Shown piece by piece: positions 47,701 through 56,947 of a DNA stretch of 64,000 bases. Below the pieces are notes generated by a model. That model did no database searches, had not been told where the DNA came from, and saw only the letters and a list, made by a program, of their open reading frames with translations. Positions within the stretch are counted from its first letter, which is position 1. The number at the start of each line of letters is the position of its first letter. The translations under genes were made by a program, and so were the position numbers. This DNA is from Stramenopiles sp. TOSAG23-2 (Eukaryota): the NCBI GenBank assembly GCA_900128395.1, contig LT649246.1:1-64000 (forward strand), in the 5' to 3' direction.

Positions 47701-50700
47701 CACCGAGGGAGCCAGGGAATCACTGGAGAATCATCGAAAACAAGTAGCGGAGCAGCAAGCGACGATTCTAAGTCATGAGCGTTTCTTAAAGGAAGTTCAA
47801 CTGGAGCTAAATGCTGCAAAAGAGGAGTTAAATACGAATCGCACAAAATTGTTACGCTTGGAAGGCGAGAAAAAAAACGCAGACGCAGCAAATGTACGTT
47901 TAAAAAGTGAAAATGAACAAATTGCGGCAGAGCGAGATCGCTACGTAAAATTAGCCGATTCAATTCGCCGTATAGAAGATGGCTTGGAATCACGGGCGCA
48001 TGATATGAATGATCAGCTAAAGAAAGATGTAAAACGCCTCGAAGATGAGTTGAACACGGAAAGAAAGAATTTAACAGCACTTAGGGAGAAACACTCGGAG
48101 GAACTTTCTGCAGTACGAGGAAGTGAACAAGGGTTGAAAGATCGCTTGTATGCTCTTCAAAGAAAACATGATTTATTGGAGCAAAGCCAGGTTACTTTAA
48201 CAGAAAAGAACGAAGATCTTGAGTCGCAATTAACACGCCAAGGGGAAGAGCTTTTGAATGCTCGTGAGGATATCAAGCGCCAAGCACGTAGACATCGTAG
48301 CAGTAGTGACAACCCAGAAGGAGAAGAGGAAGATGGTGGTTTCGCCCTTGTTGCCACAGCAAATGAAGTTGCTGAGTTAAAATTGCAGATCACAGATTTG
48401 CGTGCTGAGTTATCAGCTGCACGAACAGCAGCCAAAGAGCAAGCAAAATATGTCATTGAATACAAAACAATTGCACAGGCAAATGAGGATGCGTTAGCAA
48501 AAGTTTCGGAGTCATACGAGGCACTAAAACAGCAACACCAAGAAGCGGTGACCAAAGCGACAAATGATATAGATGCAATACGCGAAACGTTGCAGGCTAA
48601 TATTAATGATTTAACAAAAGCTAAAGATGCCGCAGAGAAAAAATCAAAAACTGCTACTGCACAATTAGATGATGCATTTAAACGTGCGCAAGAAGCGGAG
48701 GAGGTCGCGAAGGGAGCCAGCGAGCGGGAAGCGAAAATGAAGGCGGATGTCAATGTATATGTGGTCGCTAGTAACGAAGCAACTGCTAATTATCAACGCG
48801 AACTTCAATTGCATGCAGAAGATTCCAAGCTTTTGGCATCATTAAGAAAGGAAAAGCTTTCAAATGATGCAGTCTTAAAAGAGAATGATAGGAAAATTGC
48901 AACGTTGACAGCTAATTTAGCGAATATGGAGCAAAGTCATAAAAAAGATTTAGAGCTTCTTCAAAGCGAGGTTTCAAGTTTAAAGTCCCGCAATGAAGAG
49001 ATGGAGAACAAAAATATGGTCTTGCATGAGCAAATCGACACATTAACTGCTAGAACGGATAAACTAATTGGTGACTATAATGGTGGTGATGGTGATGATG
49101 GCACTAGCAATGACGATGATGGCACGGCAATAGTTTTGGAGCAAACACAGCAAAGCGAAGCTCAACTTCGACGACTTGTCAAATACTTAAGGAACGAGAA
49201 ACAAGTTATACAAGCAGAAATGGATCTTGCAAAATCAGAAAGATTAAGAGCGAAACATCGCGCTGATTTATTAGGGAGACAATTAGATGAAGCCAGGATA
49301 CAAATTATATCGCAAAGTGAAGCAGATTCAAATGGCGCAAAAGCTGCCGAGGAACGCCAAACGAAATTGTTGAAACAAACACAGCAAATATCATTATTAG
49401 AAGAGAGCAATATGTACTTAAAGCAAACTGCCACGGATAATGAAGAAAAATCGAAGACTCTTGATGCCAAAGTACAGAAATTGGAAAAGAAATTGAAGCC
49501 GATTGAGAAAAAGTTGAGAGATGCTATTGCTGAACGCGATGCTGCTATATCTGATCGTGCCCAGGCAGAAGAGGAGAAAGAAATGTGGCATAGTCGTGTC
49601 AATCATATGGTTAGTAAATATCATCAGATTGACCCCGCGATACACCAAGAGAAAATGCAAAAGTTGGAGGAGACTGAAAAAGAGTTGGATAGTTTAAATA
49701 AAGCATATGCTAAAATGAGGCAGACACTTATGCCAAAATTAAAGGACAAGGCACAAACGGAGAAAAAAAGAGCTGATGCTGCGACGAAAGACTTAGAAGC
49801 TGCGAAAGAAAAGATTCAGGAACTAGAAGCAAACGTTTCGTCTCTTGAAAAAAGCTACGAGCGATTAAGAAAAACTGCAAATGTTTTGAAGGCAAGAATT
49901 GCCAAAAAGGGAACGGGTGCACCGGCAGCGACAAGTGGAGGAAGAGTTACACCTGTACCTAGTACGTCAACTTCCACTACTACTTCAACCAAAGCAGCTA
50001 GCAACAAAGGCAAAAATAACAAGAATAAAAATAAGGACTTGAAAGGAGGAAAGAAAGGAAAGAAAGATGAAAGCAATAAAGTGGAAGAAATGAACGCCGA
50101 GGAGGAAAATAATGTTGGAGAAGAAGAGGAAGAAGAGGAGGAGGAAGTTGTACCAGAAAAGAAAGATAATAATCAAGGAAATAAAAAACAAATACAAAAA
50201 CAAAAGAAGCAACAAAATAAGAAGCAAATAAGGAATACGGGTAAAAATAAACATAACAATAAATCCTCCGCCTCTGGTGCTTTAGGTAAAGATAAAGATG
50301 CTAAAAATAATAAAAATGTACAAAAAGTTGTCAAAAAATCTTCTGCAGCCAGCATCAAAGCAAAATTTTTAGGTGCTTCGTCGAAAAAGCCTAAGCCGGG
50401 AAGGAAAGAATCAGAATCTAAAGTGGATGATACGAAAGGTAATGATGGCCCATCCCCCAAAAAAGCAAGCAGAAAATCGTCTGCAGATGCTGTCAAAGCA
50501 AAATTAGCAGCGAAACTAGCTAAAATGAAAAAGGAAAAAGCCGACAAAATCCATGCAGCAAAGAAAAGAAAGCTATCGGATGTAAACGATGGAGATAATG
50601 ACGTTGTCAGCGGTAATAAAAAAAATAAACGAAAGTTGGATGATGTTTCTGGTGTTACATCAGATGCTGTAGACGAAGAAGCTCCTGCTATTAAAAAGCA

Positions 50701-51715
50701 AAAATCTAATGAGGAATATAAAAGAAAGCTGAAAGAAGATATGAAAAAGAGAATGTTGCAATTGCAGGCACTAAGAAAGAAGAAGCGAACAGAATCAAAA
50801 GACAAAACCGAGGAAGTGAAACCAAGCCCGAAAGATAAAACAGAAGCTGGTGGCGATGACGAAAATAAAGAGGTTGAAGAGGAAGATGCTGATATGGTTG
50901 ACGATAATAATGTTGTTGAAGTTGTTGATGCGGAGAATAAGAAAGACGAGAATGATGATGATATTGAAGATGGCGAAGACAAGGATGTAACAACAACAAC
51001 AACAACAACAACCACAACAACAACCAAGCTAAATCCATCTGCCTCTGTTTTTGTACCATCTGGACCAACATCGTCTTCTATTTTTGGTTCTACTACTAAT
51101 GATGGAGGGACAGCTTTGTCTACAACTTCAAATCCTTTTGGAGCATTTGGTGGTAGCACTACATCCTTCCCAACTTTCGGGGAAGTGCCTGCATCTGGTA
51201 ATAATTCTATTTTTGGAAGTGGGACTGGTGATGGGCCAACTTTTGGTGATTCAACAACTTCATTTGGAACCTTTGGAAGCAATAAAAATGACGCAAATAC
51301 ACCAGCTATACCATTATTTAGCGCATCAAAGACATCGTTAACAATGAATAAAGATAGCAGTGAAGCACCTGTGTTTGATGGCTCAACATTTGGAAGTGCA
51401 ATGAAAAAACATAAATCAAAGCCTACTTTAGAATCGGTGCAAGAAGGTGAAAACGAAGAGTCAGGAGAGGAGGTATCTGGCGACGAGGATGAAAACGAGG
51501 AGGAAGATGAAGAGGATGAAAACGAGGAAGAAAATGATGATGATGATGACAATGACGATGATCAAAACGATGAATCTGGCGAGGAAGAATTTGGAGAGGA
51601 GGACGAGGTTGAAGAAGAAAATGAGGAAAATTCAGAAGACGAAGATGATGAGGATGAAGATGATGATGAAGAAGTTGACGAAGTTGACGAAGAAGATGAC
51701 GCAGAGGAAGAGTGA
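44702..51715 (+). CDS. TPR: Nucleoprotein TPR/Mlp1 homologue (nuclear basket)
   Basis: Long coiled coil with MTMTEMYS, EVQSKAPLI, LVTFSDIEDLQRQNQKLL, IVRQRDQYK, NYQRELQLHA, VKYLRNEK, LLEESN; acidic tail. Confidence 0.9.
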   Translation: MSQKQQDKEEETNKDGEESNNNLSFGSGIIPAFGAGLQQPTFAFTGGDFSIQKVEDDGISVPTATYADDNFSFPSTVAFGTSTSTPKIQFGKVNTPGGDRSGNTTNNNSDNNNNNSNNQLSFGSGPSTSGNSINPMLNPVSTETTNLQTQVTEANTSKTTFNKTNINSPSIITPVKQDIAINNDNNDGGTTSMMMPTTTTTTSSTTTTTASINNKDANDNKKEEEETEENEDDLEMLNDDGSDNNRCPAYLSEKQFEQIQNNQLGLSIISKANKYIKAVERNAERDQAKAKARVIDSEQLFHQLENRFVHLQEELTKAKMEKDNALQNVKEQGTKDQSEHLALVEARTKIARLDNTKHELERKVAELTETKRNALEMSEHRLTTIDRLHEELQNSEKKLLSLSQREATFQDELNEAKRALAPTKMERDRFKQELDALREHAKWAEEEQAKKAKELLEERKSNALKVTELNSELHSKTTEATNNIEMLRTERLRSKELGERMNKLQADLRDLQSSNATEQEQYRTELAQSKKLCDLYKASQSDAEEKAKESAALLQSLRTAAANAHESYTEKEKKWELERKNLMLTNGSSLGVAPSSNTTTTTTTSKSTLPAPNVLNAMGSLAPTAVAAMQEKQGMTMTEMYSAKIAVEQENAKLKEQKRKLETYMSEILNEVQSKAPLINEQQQEYQRLVGSHDELSGRLEKTMQENRTVQIQLKRSYEERDLALRRVASVDQENADLARQLQNLLRKQLAGTLSATKSALLNASSPYKNANNFGTSYRTPMQHNNNMQITAERAITENLVTFSDIEDLQRQNQKLLALVRQLSGDKEKKEEDEERKRAEESAPSTMEKLRLKEEELKELQQGRERQAKIVQAIVRQRDQYKKLLEEGGALGRAIGVAAKARSEMSSTNASNGQTAPADPNTEEDGATSSRQAADISDRLLAEVRSEFAAYRDEQQQTVDMLQTTSAKLKEEISSLRVKATRSEADANFHRENYATLLSTTEGARESLENHRKQVAEQQATILSHERFLKEVQLELNAAKEELNTNRTKLLRLEGEKKNADAANVRLKSENEQIAAERDRYVKLADSIRRIEDGLESRAHDMNDQLKKDVKRLEDELNTERKNLTALREKHSEELSAVRGSEQGLKDRLYALQRKHDLLEQSQVTLTEKNEDLESQLTRQGEELLNAREDIKRQARRHRSSSDNPEGEEEDGGFALVATANEVAELKLQITDLRAELSAARTAAKEQAKYVIEYKTIAQANEDALAKVSESYEALKQQHQEAVTKATNDIDAIRETLQANINDLTKAKDAAEKKSKTATAQLDDAFKRAQEAEEVAKGASEREAKMKADVNVYVVASNEATANYQRELQLHAEDSKLLASLRKEKLSNDAVLKENDRKIATLTANLANMEQSHKKDLELLQSEVSSLKSRNEEMENKNMVLHEQIDTLTARTDKLIGDYNGGDGDDGTSNDDDGTAIVLEQTQQSEAQLRRLVKYLRNEKQVIQAEMDLAKSERLRAKHRADLLGRQLDEARIQIISQSEADSNGAKAAEERQTKLLKQTQQISLLEESNMYLKQTATDNEEKSKTLDAKVQKLEKKLKPIEKKLRDAIAERDAAISDRAQAEEEKEMWHSRVNHMVSKYHQIDPAIHQEKMQKLEETEKELDSLNKAYAKMRQTLMPKLKDKAQTEKKRADAATKDLEAAKEKIQELEANVSSLEKSYERLRKTANVLKARIAKKGTGAPAATSGGRVTPVPSTSTSTTTSTKAASNKGKNNKNKNKDLKGGKKGKKDESNKVEEMNAEEENNVGEEEEEEEEEVVPEKKDNNQGNKKQIQKQKKQQNKKQIRNTGKNKHNNKSSASGALGKDKDAKNNKNVQKVVKKSSAASIKAKFLGASSKKPKPGRKESESKVDDTKGNDGPSPKKASRKSSADAVKAKLAAKLAKMKKEKADKIHAAKKRKLSDVNDGDNDVVSGNKKNKRKLDDVSGVTSDAVDEEAPAIKKQKSNEEYKRKLKEDMKKRMLQLQALRKKKRTESKDKTEEVKPSPKDKTEAGGDDENKEVEEEDADMVDDNNVVEVVDAENKKDENDDDIEDGEDKDVTTTTTTTTTTTTKLNPSASVFVPSGPTSSSIFGSTTNDGGTALSTTSNPFGAFGGSTTSFPTFGEVPASGNNSIFGSGTGDGPTFGDSTTSFGTFGSNKNDANTPAIPLFSASKTSLTMNKDSSEAPVFDGSTFGSAMKKHKSKPTLESVQEGENEESGEEVSGDEDENEEEDEEDENEEENDDDDDNDDDQNDESGEEEFGEEDEVEEENEENSEDEDDEDEDDDEEVDEVDEEDDAEEE

Positions 51716-52173
51716 GAAGCGTAAAGTATACGAATCGTATAATTTTCTCTTTTACTCATAACTCATATAATATATATGCATATATATATATAAAATGATG
51801 GTTAAAATCTAAAGTTATAATAATTTTACACTTCTCGTGTTAAGTAAATATGCTCAATACTCAATCGCAAGAATTAATATGCTATCCTACTATAGTAAAG
51901 CTCTTATGCACCTCTGCAAACTAATACTCCACCAAGCACAAGTAGATATATATATATATTTATTTAAAAAATTGCTTTTACTTCCGTGTACAAATTAAAT
52001 CTCAAATCAGAAATATGATTTATAAGCGCTCATTAACTCATACTTCGTAGTTTTATATCATATAAAAGCGTAAAATATACGAAGCCGTTGATGCATAATA
52101 TATTTTTATACTGAATACGTCTCGTAGTGTTTTAATTTTTGTACACGCGCCACATATAATTTTATTTTTTAAT

Positions 52174-53382
52174 TTACTCTACCGGCTCATCAGCTGGCCA
52201 ATTTGGTTCTTTTGATAATTCTTCTTCTGCTTCAAGTGCACAATAAACTTGACGACGCATTTCCACAGCACGACTTCTTAACCCACGTACTAATTGTTCT
52301 AATTGTGGGTGTGCCGTACCTAAGCCTAAAGTAGTTACATTACGATACAACGATTTATATGCTTTGAACCTAGCCTTGTAAGCGTTTAGACGCCGATCTA
52401 TTGAATGGCCATCAACTACCATAATGTTTGGATCCTCTGAATTAATTAATGCTTTGCTTGCTAATTCAAGTATTTTTATTTTATTGTATCCATTGTTACC
52501 TTGAAATTGACCATCTTTTACAATGTCCGATAATTCCTCTACTAATCGATCATTTTCGCTTACCTCGAAGAAAAATATCACTTCATTATATGCAACATAT
52601 CTACCATCATCAAGTCGCACTACATTATGGACAGGAAAATTATTCATGTATATTTTATCAGTCATTTCAGGATAGCGGCGTAACGATTTGATTTGCTCAG
52701 TTTCCACCAACCTCAAACGGAACAGCTCACCATCGTTAGCGCCTTCCGGTACTTTTCCTTTATGTTCCAACCTTATATCTACACGTGTATTCTCTTCTTC
52801 GTTTATTAAAACATTTGATTCTGTTCGCTCAAGCGTTACAACTTGATTTGGTTGAGCATTTGGGCTGACAACTGCAACGGTTTCATGAGCCAAAAACAAC
52901 AAATTATGTATATTCAATTGGCACCCCCAAAATAGAGTAGGGAAGTCTCTCATGTTACAACTATAATCCTCATGAAAATCCAACTCTTGATTCAAGTCGG
53001 AAAATATCCACGTTTTGTTTACAATACCACTAGGATTTGCAATTTTTGTTTCTTTATATGTTTGATAAATTGAAATGTATTTAGCTTTCAATGTATTGAT
53101 GCATTTGTTGTCTAAAATGTCCTTACTCTGTAACAATGCAGCATTTTGTATCAAAGTATCGCAATAATCAACCTTTTTATTGAAAATTTCATCTATATAT
53201 ATATAATGTAACCAATAAGCATCACGAATAGATGTTACATTAAAAAATTTATTTACCAGACTAATATTTAAATTTTCTCTTATATTTAAATAACTAAGTA
53301 TAACATATTGCAACGGTGTTGGAATAAATTTATCAACTACATTCAACAACTCCGATTCTGAATTCCCTTTAATATAAAACAT
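52174..53382 (-). CDS. F-box-like hypothetical protein
   Basis: IPTPLQYVILSYLNIRENLNISLVNKFF...YW. Confidence 0.6.
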   Translation of the reverse strand: MFYIKGNSESELLNVVDKFIPTPLQYVILSYLNIRENLNISLVNKFFNVTSIRDAYWLHYIYIDEIFNKKVDYCDTLIQNAALLQSKDILDNKCINTLKAKYISIYQTYKETKIANPSGIVNKTWIFSDLNQELDFHEDYSCNMRDFPTLFWGCQLNIHNLLFLAHETVAVVSPNAQPNQVVTLERTESNVLINEEENTRVDIRLEHKGKVPEGANDGELFRLRLVETEQIKSLRRYPEMTDKIYMNNFPVHNVVRLDDGRYVAYNEVIFFFEVSENDRLVEELSDIVKDGQFQGNNGYNKIKILELASKALINSEDPNIMVVDGHSIDRRLNAYKARFKAYKSLYRNVTTLGLGTAHPQLEQLVRGLRSRAVEMRRQVYCALEAEEELSKEPNWPADEPVE

Positions 53383-53648
53383 ATTGTAGTATAATGGTAA
53401 TTATGATACATATATATTGTTTCTGTGTTTTCTATATATAGTTCTATCTGTGTATATATTCATATCATTATTATTTTATAAAATTATATACCTGGTAATA
53501 CATAATACCTGATGGATGGAATTCTAAGAAGAAGCCAGTCGGTGTACGTAACAACACACATTCGAACAAAATGTAAAAGTGTATAAGAACAGAAGTAGTA
53601 AAAGAAAAAAATAGATAAAAGAAATATGGTTTATATTGGTAAATAATA

Positions 53649-54659
53649 ATGGAAGAAGAAGAAGACGAAGTAGGAAATGTTGATGAGTTGATACCGAAGA
53701 AGAAAAAGAAAACATGCTGTAATAATATAGTAGTAAGAAGAAAAAAATATATATTGATTTCAAGTATTATCATTATGATGATGACTGGTATTGTAATTTT
53801 AATAATATTTTTATTGAATGCGAAGCAAGAAATCATTCAAATACCTACTGCGTGTGTAAATAATGAAACTAACATAATAAATAATGTAAACAATAATGAA
53901 AATAATAAGTGTAATTTTTATATGCATACGAAATGGAATAATGTTTTACAAAAGTTTTTACAAAAAGATATTGTAAAGGAGGGCGTCACGTTTAATGCAT
54001 TTGATTATTCAGGAATATTACAAGATAGAAGCTTGCTGGATGAATATTTAGAATTTTTAAAAAGTGCAAAATTAAAAGGGTTAACAAGAAATGGACAATT
54101 GGCATTGCTTTTAAATGCTTATAATGCATTCGCAATAGATATGGTTATATCAAATTTATGCAATCAACAATTATGTACCAGTATACGTGACGTACCAAAT
54201 GTACCTTTGGGTGTTTCTGTTTGGAAGTGGAAGCGATTCATATTAGATGAAACAAAATTTAGTTTAGATGATATTGAACATGGAATGATAAGACCAACGT
54301 TTAAAGATCCTAGAATTCATAGTGCTGTTAATTGTGCATCTATTTCATGTCCTGATTTAAGAAAAGATGCATATGAGGAGCTAAACGTCCAGGATTTGTT
54401 AACAAATCAAACAAAATTATGGTTACAAAAACCAAATAATAAAGGACTTAAAGTAAATAGCAATAATGTCATTTCTTTGTCTAAAATTTTTGATTGGTAT
54501 TTGGGGGATTTTGAAAATGAATTTCCAAATGGAATGAGTAATTTTATTAAAACATTTGGTGGTAGCGATGGTAAATCATATGCAAATCAATATGGCAATG
54601 ACATCAACGATTGGAATATTGAATATTTTGATTACAATTGGAATTTAAATAATGTTTAA
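53649..54659 (+). CDS. DUF547-family protein with an N-terminal signal anchor
   Basis: LNAYNA, SLDDIEHG, DPRIHSAVNCASISCP, LSKIFDWY..DF, DYNWNLN. Confidence 0.88.
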   Translation: MEEEEDEVGNVDELIPKKKKKTCCNNIVVRRKKYILISSIIIMMMTGIVILIIFLLNAKQEIIQIPTACVNNETNIINNVNNNENNKCNFYMHTKWNNVLQKFLQKDIVKEGVTFNAFDYSGILQDRSLLDEYLEFLKSAKLKGLTRNGQLALLLNAYNAFAIDMVISNLCNQQLCTSIRDVPNVPLGVSVWKWKRFILDETKFSLDDIEHGMIRPTFKDPRIHSAVNCASISCPDLRKDAYEELNVQDLLTNQTKLWLQKPNNKGLKVNSNNVISLSKIFDWYLGDFENEFPNGMSNFIKTFGGSDGKSYANQYGNDINDWNIEYFDYNWNLNNV

Positions 54660-55201
54660 CATGGCCATAATTCATTAAAATGTGTGTTTGTGTGTGTGTC
54701 TGTGTTTGAAACATCTGAAAAGATATACGACGTAACTGTATGTCATACAGTATGACTCATGCCCATATCTAATTTTGTATTTCTATAAATTCATCAATAC
54801 CTAATTGTCTGATTTTTTTTTTAAGACGACTTTTTCTTCAGAAATTCCATCTATTAAAGGTACCTGTTACTATACTAAACACCCTCTATAATATATATAA
54901 ATCCTGTATTAACCTTAACCTGAAATTCTCACTGTCAAAATTATTTTATTTACAGGAAAAAAAAAAAAACAGGGAGAAAAAAATATGTCCTTTTATTTAC
55001 CAGGTAAATAACAACATTAACATATGGTGCTATGCCATAAATATAATAAATAATTATAGAAATACATATATATATGTTATATATAATGTATATATAACAT
55101 ATATATATTTAATCACAATTAAACAACTCAAAGTATCATTGAATAAGGGTAGGTATAATACCTGTATTTTTAATATCGTCATCATTGTAACTTTAATCAT
55201 A

Positions 55202-55680
55202 ATGTATTATAAGAAAATGAATATAATGCCATTCAAAGCATCATGGATATTATTACCATCATTTGTATATAATATAATAATAATTATCATATTATTATTA
55301 TTATTACATACGAATCTTCATGTTGTCGATTCAAGACCATTCCGTCCACATCAAGGTGTAATGAAATATAAAACAAGAATGTGTTTAAAATGTGATGTTA
55401 GTTTAGATTTAGCAAAACAAGCAGAATTATCTGCTGCGGTAACAAAAGCGAAAATTTACAAAGAGAAGCAGCTCCAAAAGAAAATGTCGTTCAAAGTACA
55501 AATGTACCAATAGGAAGAGATTTTTTATTTATTGAAGAAGAAGAAAAAGCAGAACGACAACAAGAAAAACACTTACCAAAACATGATCCAAATGATCCAA
55601 ATATAAATAACGATGCAATGGATGAACTATTAAATATAATAAACGAGTTTAGATATTTTTGCATCAGATCCAATAAGTAG
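55202..55680 (+). pseudogene. Small secreted-type protein with a frameshift near 55445
   Basis: Signal-like N-terminus and CLKC; coding-like continuation ENLQREAAPKENVV...FLFIEEEEK...NK* in another frame. Confidence 0.4.
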
Positions 55681-56947
55681 CCTAGATCCATGAAAACATA
55701 TTGCTACACCATAACGTCCATTTTTTTTGTTAACGTTAGATGGTAACGCTTCTTTTTTATTATTACTTGTTGCAGATAAATTTACGGGTTTATCTTCTTT
55801 ATTGATCTTAGTTGATTTTAGTGTCGATTCGCCTGTTTTTGATGATTCATAGCTTACTGGATTATGAACTGTGACATTAAATGATACAGTTTTCTTTTCT
55901 ACTTTTGGTTTTTTAGACATCCAGTACAAATACGAAATGCAATAACTTCTTTAGTTTTTACGACGAGCCCGGCTCATGTGGTGTGGTAGTGCCATGGCAT
56001 CTGCATGGAAAGGCCACGTTTTTTGTTTTCCTCCTTGGCCTATGATATTACATGCGATGAGTCTTTGGCTGGAGCAATTTACCCAATCTTTCTAACACAC
56101 CATACTATTGTACACCATAAGGGAACGGCTCCTGGGATCATGAGGATATCATTGAATAATATCTAATTTTTTCGTGTTCCTTGTAGGTTTTCCAGGTAAT
56201 ATTATATATCGTTTTCTAAAATGCCAATTTTATTTTTCATATATTTTTGTAAAAATAGCAAATATCCGAAAATATAGAAAAAATGATGACTATTTCCCCA
56301 TGGTGAATAGTGTTAAATGTGTACAGTTATGACACGGTTTAGAGTTTAGAGGGTGCCTAACTTGGTGATTGGATGATTTTGCTTTACAGTAATATCATCA
56401 GCAGTTGCAAAGTTTAAGTTGCAAAAGCTACTGCACTACTAATAATTGAAAAAATTTAAATTCTAATAGAAAAAATGATGAAAGATATATTATATATATA
56501 TGGAACTGCACAACTACATAAAATAGATTAATATATAAATTATATAATTATATATCCAAGTGGTGGGTGGAGAAAACAAACACCACGTGGTAACAGAGAT
56601 AGGTTGGTTTTACATAGCGCCATAACGGTTTGCGTTTTGTTTTTTTGTTTTTTATTTTGTAGAATCAACATATCTAAAGCATTTATATTAATAAATTTTT
56701 TCCTAGTAGTTTTATTAATATATACTTGCCGTTTTTAGCCAAGTTAGCAACTACATTTTTGAACGATATTAATAGTTGCTTTATTAATTATAAAGATATT
56801 TTTACATATTGGTTGAAATAGGATTTTTGTTTCGTTTCCCTTCATTACATATATATAGATATACGATATATATTTGTTTCTTTATTTTTGCATTTTTCCC
56901 CTATATATCGAAACAATATATATTATTTATATTAAAATAAATAAAAG

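Noticed and set aside
50173-51552. Long antisense ORFs (also 44707-45486, 45928-46632, 57613-58545)
   Set aside because: Ser/Phe/Leu-rich mirror frames of low-complexity sense coding sequence.
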